The notes below the pieces were generated by a model, which saw only the letters and a program-made list of their open reading frames with translations, was not told the DNA's origin and did no database searches. The position numbers and the translations under genes were made by a program. A DNA stretch of 64,000 nt from a virus (taxonomy: Duplodnaviria; Caudoviricetes), in the IMG/VR virus record IMGVR_UViG_3300031998_000008, positions 143,930-207,929 of that record, one strand, 5' to 3'. Below are positions 37,133 to 47,078 of the stretch, piece after piece (positions within the stretch are counted from its first letter, which is position 1; every line of letters starts with the position of its first letter).

Positions 37133-37312
37133 TAAATAATTGAGAGGGAGTTGTCTGTTGAGAATCAAGCTTACTCAGTGGAAACGGATAGCGGGAAAAT
37201 GGTTACTACCGAAACTTCATTACGGGGTGTGTGACAAAGGAGTATTAGGTGTATGAAGGAAACTAATACGTGTATCAATTATTTTTTATTTCAGATTTCA
37301 CGATGTCAAAAA

Positions 37313-37344
37313 TAAAGGTCGCTGAGTTTTCAACGACCTTTTTT
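37313..37344. terminator. Terminator closing the RNA array
   Basis: AAAGGTCG..CGACCTTTTTT. Confidence 0.7.
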
Positions 37345-37345
37345 G

Positions 37346-39406
37346 TTATTCTATTGTGTTAAGTATCCGAGCAAGTTCACATGAATACATTCCCGTTGCT
37401 TCAGGAAACATATATTCGCCAAATTCTTCACAAAGTTCTTCCTCGTTTATTTCTCCATCATTATAATCGTGTATAAATTCTTCTATTTCTCCATTATCTT
37501 CATCGAAATAGTCAATCAGATAATCAACTAATCCATGGGCTATCTCATGGCCTATAGAAATCCTCGCCTGAGCCTTTATATTGAAATCATCGGTATCTAT
37601 ACCATTTTTAACCATTAATGCGTGTATGAGCCCCAAATTGACCCCTATTGGGATAATTTTCTCACCTATTAAGTTTCTTGAACGCTCGTAAACGGCAAGC
37701 CAATTTTTATCACCAAAATTATAATTGTAATCAAGTTCAACCGAAATACCCAATCTTCTCAAAAATTCATTCTCCAAATCATTAACACACTCATAGGCAT
37801 GTTCCATGAATTTACGTTTCCAAATGTCAAATGAATTAACTGATTCGTTCAATTCTTCTTTACCTTCAAGTCTATCTGCCAAAGTTTGTATGCTGACACA
37901 ATTTTTGTCTTGAAGTGTAAAGTGGCTTCTTTCTATATAGAAATAAATCGGCACTCTTTGGGCAAATTCACTCTTTGATATTTTCAATAATGCCTTTTTG
38001 TCTGCATCAAATTGTTTGAAACCCATCATCAAAGAATCATAATCAGGATAGTATATATCAACACGGTTCAAATAAGCGCTGACGTGAGTAAGGTTATCTC
38101 TATATGGTAGTTGTAATCCTTCTTCTGCTTGGTTTTGGTATTCATGTCTTTGAAGTGAACCAAGATTAAGTTCTTTTGGTAGCCCCAACTTAACAGGTGC
38201 TAAACCCATTCTTCTTTGCTTTTCGTAATAATATTCTTTGTCTTGGTATCTTGACTTGCTTGATTCGTTACCAGGAATTTGTCTGTTGAATGCGGCATCG
38301 TATCTATCTCTCTTTGGAGAATAGTATTCCATTGGCTTAACATTCAATACATCGTGATTTGAATTGAGTTTATCTGTGTTAAATTCAAGCCTTACAAATG
38401 GATGCATTCTATAATATGATGCATTGGCAAATCCCTCAAAGTCACTTCTATGTCTTGTCAATGATATGTGTGAATTACCATCCCAATATTTAGTGTTATA
38501 AAATGCCGAATACAGTTCATCAGATTCAGCAATAAGACTAAATCTGTATAAGGTTGTGAAATGATACAAAGATTTCATGTTTGTGTGCTCGTTCAATGTA
38601 CACTCTTCCAAATCATTTATGTTTCCTAAAAATTTTTCAAACCTCTTTCCATGGATGTCTTTTATGCTTCCATAAGTGTTATTTAGGAATTCAAGCATAT
38701 CTTTTAGTTTTACACAATGCTTGTCCTGCAAAGCAAAATTCCTTGCATTGGTGTAAACAAATATAGGCACGTAATTTGCAAATACGCTATCACCTATTTC
38801 TTGATATTCGGATAATAAGTTATTCCATCCATCGTAATCTTTAAGTACTTCGTTAAATTCTTTAAACAAAATATCTATTCTGTCAATATACTTGTGTATA
38901 TTTTTTAACTTTGGCCTGTATTTATCATTCTTAATTTGCAACCCTTCTTCAGCCTGATTGTGAAACTCAATCCTGTCGCCATTTTCTTCCCTATAAAACG
39001 GGTTCTGATAATGGGCCTTTGACGTTGTGTAATGAGAAAACATATAAGCGCCATGTCTTTTTGGAGAATAAAACTCCATTGGCTTTATGTTCAAAACATC
39101 ATGCTTTGAATTTAATTTTTCTATGTTAAATTGTATCCTTACATTGTTGTTTCTTTCGTTGGCAAAAGCAAACCCCTCAAAATTGCTTTTATGCCTTGTC
39201 AATGATATGTGGCTATTGTTATCCCAATAATCCTTCAGGTAGTTTGCACCCAACAATTCATCAGTGTTAACAATTTCACGTAAACTGTATATTGACGTGA
39301 AATGATACAAAGATTTCATGTTAGTGTGCTCATCAATTATATTCTTAACACACTCGCTTACTATCTTTTCAATGTCTTCTATTGTGTATTCAATCAATTT
39401 TTCCAT
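37346..39406 (-). CDS. Two tandem ADP-ribosyltransferase-like domains + C-terminal HEXXH domain
   Basis: Duplicated NMKSLYHFT..HISLTRH..FN..KLNS.H..NQAEE; GHEIAH. Confidence 0.55.
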   Translation of the reverse strand: MEKLIEYTIEDIEKIVSECVKNIIDEHTNMKSLYHFTSIYSLREIVNTDELLGANYLKDYWDNNSHISLTRHKSNFEGFAFANERNNNVRIQFNIEKLNSKHDVLNIKPMEFYSPKRHGAYMFSHYTTSKAHYQNPFYREENGDRIEFHNQAEEGLQIKNDKYRPKLKNIHKYIDRIDILFKEFNEVLKDYDGWNNLLSEYQEIGDSVFANYVPIFVYTNARNFALQDKHCVKLKDMLEFLNNTYGSIKDIHGKRFEKFLGNINDLEECTLNEHTNMKSLYHFTTLYRFSLIAESDELYSAFYNTKYWDGNSHISLTRHRSDFEGFANASYYRMHPFVRLEFNTDKLNSNHDVLNVKPMEYYSPKRDRYDAAFNRQIPGNESSKSRYQDKEYYYEKQRRMGLAPVKLGLPKELNLGSLQRHEYQNQAEEGLQLPYRDNLTHVSAYLNRVDIYYPDYDSLMMGFKQFDADKKALLKISKSEFAQRVPIYFYIERSHFTLQDKNCVSIQTLADRLEGKEELNESVNSFDIWKRKFMEHAYECVNDLENEFLRRLGISVELDYNYNFGDKNWLAVYERSRNLIGEKIIPIGVNLGLIHALMVKNGIDTDDFNIKAQARISIGHEIAHGLVDYLIDYFDEDNGEIEEFIHDYNDGEINEEELCEEFGEYMFPEATGMYSCELARILNTIE

Positions 39407-39407
39407 A

Positions 39408-40370
39408 TTAAACCTTCAATGGGTCATAATCTACTATTTCATCAAATGAGTTTGATAATTCTTTTTTTGCAATTTCAACCAAGTCGTTTGAACTTACAAA
39501 CAATCCAGAATCTTTCTTGACTTCAACTTTTGCCATGTCGTTTATATAGTAATATGGTTTTCCGTTAACTGTTGCAACAATTGACAATATCTTGTCCAAA
39601 TTGAATGCTTTTCCTTGGAATGTCTTATCCAATTCTGCCTTTTCTTTCATGTATAGTTCAAGTGCTTCACCTGACAACACATCGGTAACGGCTTTTTCAG
39701 GCTTTGGCGCTTGGAAAGGTGTGCTCATTGCATTTACAACGCTTGATGGTATTTCACCAATTACTTGTCCATTTGTTCCGATTACATAGAATTTTGATTT
39801 TGATGCTGGACTACCTGCTGCATTGAAACGCTTTTCAACATCACCTCTTGTGTTTGTTACAACATTTGATGATGCATCGTTCTTTTCTACTTGATGCATT
39901 GGGTCCCCTAAAATACCTGCTGTTTGAATACCAACTCCGTTTCTCATTCTCAAATCACGTAATTTGTCGGCATATGCTCCATATGCTTTTCCATAGTTCT
40001 TTTCTGTTGTCCAATGCAAAACATATCTTGTAACCATGATAATACCTGCAATTCCTTGAAGTTTCTTAATTTTGCCTTCAGCATCGTCATTGAATTGCTT
40101 TATTTGTGGATACCAATGCTCGTTGCCTTCTTCACCATATCCATTAAGTGCTTTTGTCATATCGTCAGTTCTCCAACTTCTCTTTGTTCCATAGAATGAC
40201 TTACCTGTTACATATGTTAATGAAACATAACATCCTGCATTTGTTTCATCTTGTGCATCCAAAATATCTATAATATCGTTCCTGCCGACTTGCTTTCTTT
40301 CAATTTTAACCCCCTCATATAAGTTCATTCTATTCATGAGACTTAGGGCTTCATTCAACTGTTTATCCAT
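39408..40370 (-). CDS. hypothetical protein (probably virion-associated)
   Basis: 320 aa; ACTATTTAT upstream; QLNE N-terminus. Confidence 0.8.
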   Translation of the reverse strand: MDKQLNEALSLMNRMNLYEGVKIERKQVGRNDIIDILDAQDETNAGCYVSLTYVTGKSFYGTKRSWRTDDMTKALNGYGEEGNEHWYPQIKQFNDDAEGKIKKLQGIAGIIMVTRYVLHWTTEKNYGKAYGAYADKLRDLRMRNGVGIQTAGILGDPMHQVEKNDASSNVVTNTRGDVEKRFNAAGSPASKSKFYVIGTNGQVIGEIPSSVVNAMSTPFQAPKPEKAVTDVLSGEALELYMKEKAELDKTFQGKAFNLDKILSIVATVNGKPYYYINDMAKVEVKKDSGLFVSSNDLVEIAKKELSNSFDEIVDYDPLKV

Positions 40371-40465
40371 AATCTACTCTATATTTTAAAATAAATAGTT
40401 TGAAAGTTTTGTTATTACATTTTTTATTTGTATATTCAACATGTTAAATGATAAAATTTTAATAA

Positions 40466-40711
40466 ATGATTACATTCCATTTTGTGTTCATGTCAACAAT
40501 TCAATTGTTCTTCTTATTCATTGTATTCGTTGCCATAGTCTATATAACGAAATGTATTGACTTATGGCTTGATTCAAGGAAGAAAGAACATTTTACCATT
40601 AGGTTTATTAACTTATTGATTTGTGACATGGCATCAAACCTTGCAATCATTATGCCTTTCTTAATAGTTGCGTATATTTTGATAATGACAGTAGTATTAA
40701 TTTGTTTGTAA
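40466..40711 (+). CDS. Small membrane protein
   Basis: Two hydrophobic segments. Confidence 0.6.
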   Translation: MITFHFVFMSTIQLFFLFIVFVAIVYITKCIDLWLDSRKKEHFTIRFINLLICDMASNLAIIMPFLIVAYILIMTVVLICL

Positions 40712-40712
40712 T

Positions 40713-41234
40713 ATGTGTTTATACAGTAAAACGGGAAAACTTGAAGTAGCAGAAAAAGACCTTGACTGCTACAAAGTAGTATGTAAATCAAAGTTTGTTG
40801 AATTCGATGAATTTGGCTTAGGAATTATTCCATGGATTAGCCCAATAAAAAAGTTCTTTAAAAGGCTAAGAAGGTCAAGGTACTTTACACCGTATCAACA
40901 AAAGAGAATAACAAATTCAGTTATTAAAGGTAATGAAAATCTAATTGCAGAAGGTAACGAGGTAATTGAAGACCCAAGATATAGTTGGAACAACACTTAC
41001 AGCGTATCAGAAGGCTTTATCCACTCATTTAGGGGCCTTTCAGTAATACTAAAACACTTTGAAAACGCAAGTTTATTCATGTCAAGAGACGATAAGTCAT
41101 ATGAACTGTATAAATGTGTAATTCCTAAAGGAACAACATATATTTCAGGCGTTGATAATGATGGAGTTACTTGTTATGCATCCAAAGAAATTAAGTTTGT
41201 TGAAAAAATTGCAGAAAGATTAATCGAAAAATAA
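40713..41234 (+). CDS. Paralog 1 of MC..IPKGT family
   Basis: MCL..CYK..TP..GFIHS..KCVIPKGT.Y..YAS. Confidence 0.8.
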   Translation: MCLYSKTGKLEVAEKDLDCYKVVCKSKFVEFDEFGLGIIPWISPIKKFFKRLRRSRYFTPYQQKRITNSVIKGNENLIAEGNEVIEDPRYSWNNTYSVSEGFIHSFRGLSVILKHFENASLFMSRDDKSYELYKCVIPKGTTYISGVDNDGVTCYASKEIKFVEKIAERLIEK

Positions 41235-41240
41235 AATACC

Positions 41241-41678
41241 ATGTGTACAATTGTTAAAAGCAGAATTTCAAAACGTAGTGAAGGAGATTTAGTATGCTAC
41301 AAAATTCTTGAAATTGAGTTTGGAAATAGAGTTTATCAAACTCCTTTCACTTATTTTCCTGTTTCAACGGATATTATTAATGGTAAAGAGCCTTTAATTG
41401 CCAAAAATAAGAAGCCATTAAGAAAGTGTCAGTTTGAAAATGGAGCATATTGGAGTGTTAATAGCGGATATATCCACACATATATGGATTTGGAATGTGC
41501 TAAAAACAAAATCTTATCATTAAGAGAAACATATGACACCTCAATATTCACTTTGTTCAAATGTGTCATTCCAAAAGGAACAAAATACTATGTTGGATTT
41601 AATGATGGATTCCTGCTTGAAGAAGCGGAAACATATGCATCTGAGAAAATTTCATTTGTTGAGCAAGTAGATTTTTAA
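41241..41678 (+). CDS. Paralog 2 of MC..IPKGT family
   Basis: Same motifs. Confidence 0.8.
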   Translation: MCTIVKSRISKRSEGDLVCYKILEIEFGNRVYQTPFTYFPVSTDIINGKEPLIAKNKKPLRKCQFENGAYWSVNSGYIHTYMDLECAKNKILSLRETYDTSIFTLFKCVIPKGTKYYVGFNDGFLLEEAETYASEKISFVEQVDF

Positions 41679-41680
41679 TT

Positions 41681-42112
41681 ATGTGCTTATTTTCAAGAAT
41701 TAAAACAAACGCAAAAAAAGATTTGATTTGCTATAAAATTATTGAACGTTACAAGAATTTTTATGGCGAATATTGCTATAAAACGCCATTCCAAGGCACT
41801 CCTGTTTCCATTAAAGTGATAGAGGGTCAAGAATTTAAGCCTGACCCATTTATATCTATAGGTGCTGATAGAAAATCAGATGGTCATTATGAGGTTTATG
41901 ATGGATTTATCCACTCATATAAAACAAGATGGAAAGCAAGAAAAATGGCAAAATACATACGAGAAACCCTTTTTAAAGGTGAAGATAGATGGTATGACGT
42001 GTATAAATGCATTATTCCAAAAGGAACTGAATATTTTGATGGCGTTGATGAAAACGGGTTCGGTGCTTATGCTTCAAAATCAATTAAAATTATCAAAAAG
42101 ACATGTGCTTAA
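41681..42112 (+). CDS. Paralog 3 of MC..IPKGT family
   Basis: Same motifs. Confidence 0.8.
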   Translation: MCLFSRIKTNAKKDLICYKIIERYKNFYGEYCYKTPFQGTPVSIKVIEGQEFKPDPFISIGADRKSDGHYEVYDGFIHSYKTRWKARKMAKYIRETLFKGEDRWYDVYKCIIPKGTEYFDGVDENGFGAYASKSIKIIKKTCA

Positions 42113-42591
42113 TTTGTACTGATTCAATAAGAAGAGAAGCGTTTGAAGACATTATGTGCTTCAAAGTGCTTAAACTGTCATCAATTGGCTACATGACACC
42201 TTGTGTAGAGGCTGTAATTTATGATGAAGACAATGTTTTGCACCATAAAAAGCCATTTGTCGCATCTGACGAAGTTGAAATAGTACACACACAAAATGGC
42301 CTTGAAATAAATAACGGATATATCCATGTATTCCGAAAATTGGAAGATGCTGCCGTATATTCAAAGTATCTTGAAAGTATTGATGACACCAATTCGCCAA
42401 TGAGAGTGTTCAGGTGTATGATTCCGAAAGGAACTGTATATTTCCAAGGATATTATGAACACTATGGACCAAGAGATTCATTTGCAGCAAAGCAGATTGT
42501 ATTTATTGAGCAAATGCAATTGAATTTTTTAAACTGTGATGAATTTGGGTATAACCTAAATATGCCACGAAGAGATTTCTATTATAACTAA
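42103..42591 (+). CDS. Paralog 4 of MC..IPKGT family
   Basis: Same motifs. Confidence 0.8.
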   Translation: MCLICTDSIRREAFEDIMCFKVLKLSSIGYMTPCVEAVIYDEDNVLHHKKPFVASDEVEIVHTQNGLEINNGYIHVFRKLEDAAVYSKYLESIDDTNSPMRVFRCMIPKGTVYFQGYYEHYGPRDSFAAKQIVFIEQMQLNFLNCDEFGYNLNMPRRDFYYN

Positions 42592-42695
42592 AAAGGCAAC
42601 TAACAATTGCCTTTCTTTTTTTTAAATAAGGTGCTATTTAATTGCGCTTAATTAGATATTTATATAAAAAATAAGATTAAAACAAAAAGATAAAT

Positions 42696-44177
42696 ATGCC
42701 AGGATTTGTAAGAAGAGGATGGGGACAAGGCGCTCAACAAAAGCCAGCCGGTGCTCCACAAGATGACAGATGGTCTTTAAACGCAAAATTTGCACAATAT
42801 ACAGATAAAGGAAACCTTGTATTCAAATTATCAGGTTTCAAATACGAAGACATTGAAAAAGTAAACAAAATCAAGCCTGATGTTTTCAAGGTTTTGAAGA
42901 ACGAAAAGACAGGTTCAATTTGCTTAATTGTAAAACCAACGGCACTTGAAGATTTCAAGAACGTATTGCCTACATTGGTTGATGAATTGAGAAAGTTCAA
43001 TCACTATAACGACAAGTCTCTTGATGAGTTTGAAGAAAAGATTCTTTCAATTATTGAAAAAACTCCTACACAAGAAGAACTTGCAGCAAACGAAAAGACA
43101 GTTATTTCCAACTGGAAACAATTGCTTGAAACATTGAATGACCCTGAAACTAAAAAGAAATTCTTGGCATTCCAAACAACTTATATTTGCCAAAACTCAT
43201 TCAGTGATGCTGCTTTGTCACCATCAAACGTTGTTGAAGTTAGATTGGCAGACCCACAAGCATCATTCGTTACAGATGCTGCTACATGGAAAAACAGATT
43301 TAACCGTGTAATCACACCAGGTTCACCTTTTGTTATTATTACAAAGCCTGAGCAATCAATCCCGCCAATTAAGTTATTGGAAGCAGACCCTGTTGTAAGA
43401 GGTAAAGGTGGATGGAACAAATTGTGTAAAGATTCAGGTGGTCCATGGTACGGTGAAGCATGGGCAGCAATCAAGCGTGTTAGAATCAAGAACAACTTGA
43501 GAACAACTTACTATAAATCAAAAGTTTATGACGTTAGATTCACACAGCCTATTGACCCTAATAATGACCCGTTCTTGAAAGTTGCTAACTTGGTCAATAA
43601 CTTGACAGGTGAACTTAACCAAGTTGCTAAGGAAATGATGATGAAGAACGCTGCACTTACTGGTCAAGAAAAGCCTGACTTTGAAGCAAAGAAAGAAGGT
43701 CTTCAAACAAGTGATGAATTGATGAAATATAAACAATATATTTTGGCAAAATGTAAGTCAAAGAAAATTGATATTCCTGAAGTCGGTTCAGACAATGAAA
43801 TCATTGCAAGCGCAATTTATGCATACGCATACAAGATTGCTGAGGAATACAATGTTTTGTCACCAAAGGCTAAAGGTGCTTTCGCATCAGCAGTTCTTTA
43901 CAGTGTCGCTTACAGCATCGGCCTTGAATCATCAAAGGTTTCACAAGCAGCTGACATCTTCGGAAAGATTAGTCCTGAAGAAGGTGAGGAATTAATTCAA
44001 AAGACTTTTGAAATATACAAACAATTGGCAACACACCAAGTAAATGAATCAATGGGTAATGGCATCATGTCATTTGAACAATACCATGAACTTATGTCTA
44101 AGTTATTGCCAAGCAGAGAAACCATCAAACAAAGATTTGATGAAATGAATGACAGATTAAACAACGTTGAATTTTAA
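42696..44177 (+). CDS. hypothetical protein (possible ArdC-like ssDNA-binding segment)
   Basis: 493 aa; S.SN....LADPQASFV....WKNRFNRVI..G. Confidence 0.75.
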   Translation: MPGFVRRGWGQGAQQKPAGAPQDDRWSLNAKFAQYTDKGNLVFKLSGFKYEDIEKVNKIKPDVFKVLKNEKTGSICLIVKPTALEDFKNVLPTLVDELRKFNHYNDKSLDEFEEKILSIIEKTPTQEELAANEKTVISNWKQLLETLNDPETKKKFLAFQTTYICQNSFSDAALSPSNVVEVRLADPQASFVTDAATWKNRFNRVITPGSPFVIITKPEQSIPPIKLLEADPVVRGKGGWNKLCKDSGGPWYGEAWAAIKRVRIKNNLRTTYYKSKVYDVRFTQPIDPNNDPFLKVANLVNNLTGELNQVAKEMMMKNAALTGQEKPDFEAKKEGLQTSDELMKYKQYILAKCKSKKIDIPEVGSDNEIIASAIYAYAYKIAEEYNVLSPKAKGAFASAVLYSVAYSIGLESSKVSQAADIFGKISPEEGEELIQKTFEIYKQLATHQVNESMGNGIMSFEQYHELMSKLLPSRETIKQRFDEMNDRLNNVEF

Positions 44178-46177
44178 TGTACACATATACAGTAGGTAAG
44201 AAAAGTCAAATAGATAGCGTATTCACTAATGGTTATAGCAGACAATTCGCAGGTGAGGCTGAAGGAGTTGACTATGGCATTGGTGTATATTGCAATATTT
44301 CCTACAATGACAAAGAAACGCCTGTTGAATCTTTAGCAAGGTACAGAAGAGACCCACAAAACAACTGCATATTCAGAAATGAATTGAAAGGTGGTCTTGA
44401 CAGATTCTTGATTTTCGATGAAAGATTTGCAAGAAAAGTATATGGAGAACATTATCTTATAAAGGACCAAGTATTTGCTTTGTTCCCTGAGAATGTGGCT
44501 AAAAATTTATGGAATGACATGAAATATTACATGTCTCTTGATACGTCACCTGAAGGTAATGGAAACCATATGAAAGGCAGAACAGCAGGATTGCTTCAAT
44601 TCATGATGTCAAAACACCTTAGAGGAAATGTTGCAAACCCAAAGAAATACGAAAGCATCTTTGGACAATACAATGTAAGAGGCGCTATCTATAGAGGTAG
44701 GGGTGATGGTTTCTGCATGGTTGTTTATAACTATGATGAAATCGTTCCTGTTGGATATTCTCTTGACGGTGGTAGAACCTACAAAATGAAAACCGTTCAA
44801 TATACATATCCTGATGTCGTAAGGAAATTAAGGCATAAATACAGAAAAGTAGATTATCCAATTGCATTGCAAGGCGATGATAGGGTATATTATTTTGCAA
44901 AAGTCCAAAAAGAAAACGGCAAATGGAATTACATTGACGCATCAACTGGCCAGGAAATATCAGTTGTTGATTTTGATTCTTGTACGTCAATAAATCCAAA
45001 TGATGGAATGTTCCAAGTTGAATATAAAGGAAAATTCTACCAAGCATGCCCTGATGGTTTTTTCGATGAGAACGATGAGGGCCATACATGGGATGAGTTA
45101 CCAATGTTCGATGAAGAATTTTTAGGTGATATTGATGAAGAGACAAAACAATATGATAAGATGCTAACAGAAAGCATTAAAAATGTTCTTGGAGAATTTT
45201 CCATGTATTATAATATGTTAAATGAAGATATTGACGAAAATATGGAAGATGAAATAGCATATTATCATTATGACGTTCCGGATAAGTCATATTTCGATTC
45301 GCCAAAAATTCCATCTATCTACCATGTAACAGAATCAAACGTAGTGAATGACATCTTCAGAAATGGACTTGACAGAGAGTTTTTGAGAACATTCGTATAT
45401 GGTAAAGGCGTTTATGCCGCATACAGTGTCGAAGATTCTAAGAACCAATTAGGGCCTTACGGAAATGTAATTCTTCAATTGAAATTAATCGGTGGCTATG
45501 ACAGATTCATAATATTCCCAAATAGCGAACAGACAAAGAGAATTGCTATGAAATATTATGGCCATAACATTGATATATTCGACCAACTCAAATCATTCTT
45601 GCCATATAAAGAAGCAAAGGATTTGTACGAAAGATGTGGTAATAGAATTGAAGCATATTCACACTATGCATCAAAATACCATCTAAGAGGCGCAATATAT
45701 CAATGGGGACCAACCGTTGCTGTATTGCCTTATGACTTTTCTTCAGTTGTCCCATATGCGGTATCAATGGATAGAGGAATGACTTTCAAAAAGAAATTCG
45801 ATGAAAGAACTTGGGAAAGATTCCTTACAAACGTTGATGTTGAATGGAGATACGGAAGAAAGTACAAGAAAGTGGAAAAGCCAATTCTTGGATATAACGC
45901 TGATGGACAAAAGACAGGCTATTCAAGAGCCCAAAAACATAACGGAAAATGGAATATCATAGACATACAGACAGGAAATGAAGAATTGCCATTTGACTTC
46001 GATTCATTAACAACCATGAATCCAAACAACGGTGAATTCCAAGCAGAATACAACGGAGAAATATTCAATGCATGCCTTGACGGTTTCTATGACAATAACG
46101 GTGATGGACACCCATGGGATGAACTTGAAGAATACTTGGCGAACAACAAAGAAGATTTTAGCGACATAGATTTCTAA
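44177..46177 (+). CDS. Internally duplicated protein: (ART-like domain + WG-like repeat) x2
   Basis: YHVT..IF.NG..YGKGVY / YGIGVY; GKWN.ID..TG.E...DFDS.T..NP..G.FQ.EY.G. Confidence 0.6.
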   Translation: MYTYTVGKKSQIDSVFTNGYSRQFAGEAEGVDYGIGVYCNISYNDKETPVESLARYRRDPQNNCIFRNELKGGLDRFLIFDERFARKVYGEHYLIKDQVFALFPENVAKNLWNDMKYYMSLDTSPEGNGNHMKGRTAGLLQFMMSKHLRGNVANPKKYESIFGQYNVRGAIYRGRGDGFCMVVYNYDEIVPVGYSLDGGRTYKMKTVQYTYPDVVRKLRHKYRKVDYPIALQGDDRVYYFAKVQKENGKWNYIDASTGQEISVVDFDSCTSINPNDGMFQVEYKGKFYQACPDGFFDENDEGHTWDELPMFDEEFLGDIDEETKQYDKMLTESIKNVLGEFSMYYNMLNEDIDENMEDEIAYYHYDVPDKSYFDSPKIPSIYHVTESNVVNDIFRNGLDREFLRTFVYGKGVYAAYSVEDSKNQLGPYGNVILQLKLIGGYDRFIIFPNSEQTKRIAMKYYGHNIDIFDQLKSFLPYKEAKDLYERCGNRIEAYSHYASKYHLRGAIYQWGPTVAVLPYDFSSVVPYAVSMDRGMTFKKKFDERTWERFLTNVDVEWRYGRKYKKVEKPILGYNADGQKTGYSRAQKHNGKWNIIDIQTGNEELPFDFDSLTTMNPNNGEFQAEYNGEIFNACLDGFYDNNGDGHPWDELEEYLANNKEDFSDIDF

Positions 46178-46274
46178 CATGTATATTATAAATGTAAGGT
46201 CAGTCTTGTAAAAGGCTGACTTTTTTTTGTTTTATTCAAATTTGTTTTGTATATTAAAAGCAAATATGTGAATT

Positions 46275-46478
46275 ATGACAATAGAATTCAGGAATAGAGA
46301 CGATGATTATATCAAGCAGTGGCCAAATTGGACAGGAGCAATTCCGCTTAAAGGCGATACAGTTGTCATTCACTTTGGAGATTATGCTGAGGCATCATAT
46401 TCATACGAGGTAGAAGAACGAATCATTGACGGAACAAATCCTGATAAGGTAGTTCTTATTATTAATTATGAAATTTAA
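46275..46478 (+). CDS. hypothetical protein
   Basis: 67 aa after TTTGTATATT motif. Confidence 0.6.
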   Translation: MTIEFRNRDDDYIKQWPNWTGAIPLKGDTVVIHFGDYAEASYSYEVEERIIDGTNPDKVVLIINYEI

Positions 46479-46512
46479 TAAATTATTTTTTAATATTAAA
46501 AATTTTAATAGA

Positions 46513-47073
46513 ATGAAAAATGTTTTAGATTCAAAATTTGAAGAACTTCATCGCCTTATTATTAAAGAAGGCAAAAAAGACAGCAAAATTGAAAAAAAGC
46601 AAATTGAGATTTTATCTACTATTCTTGGTAAACTAAAATCTTATTATGGAAGAAAAGTTGAAATTGATTACACTAGATTCAACACTAAACTTAAAGAAAA
46701 TTGGTATAGAATTGACCAAAATGGAGTTATTAAGCAAGGTGACTACAAAGATTGTGGAAACAAATGGTATGATTCAAAAACATTTGATGCAATTATTGAT
46801 TTAATAATTGGAAACAAAGAATATTCATTATTTTTTGTTTTAAAAAGCGCACAAGAAGCAGGTGGCACACAAGATTATGCAATTAAAGAAATTGGACAAT
46901 ATTCAAAATCAATGCAAAAAAACACAGATGAAAACTTACATTTTGTTTTTGTACTTGATGGCGAGTACATAAATTCAGAAATAGACAAACTGGATAAAAG
47001 CAATAAATACGAAACTTGTACTTCTGAAACATTAGAGAATTCACTTAAATCATTCATCAACTCAAAACTTTAA
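46513..47073 (+). CDS. Putative PD-(D/E)XK restriction-like endonuclease
   Basis: SKTFD....LK...EAGGTQD...E...FVLDG. Confidence 0.5.
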   Translation: MKNVLDSKFEELHRLIIKEGKKDSKIEKKQIEILSTILGKLKSYYGRKVEIDYTRFNTKLKENWYRIDQNGVIKQGDYKDCGNKWYDSKTFDAIIDLIIGNKEYSLFFVLKSAQEAGGTQDYAIKEIGQYSKSMQKNTDENLHFVFVLDGEYINSEIDKLDKSNKYETCTSETLENSLKSFINSKL

Positions 47074-47078
47074 TCACA

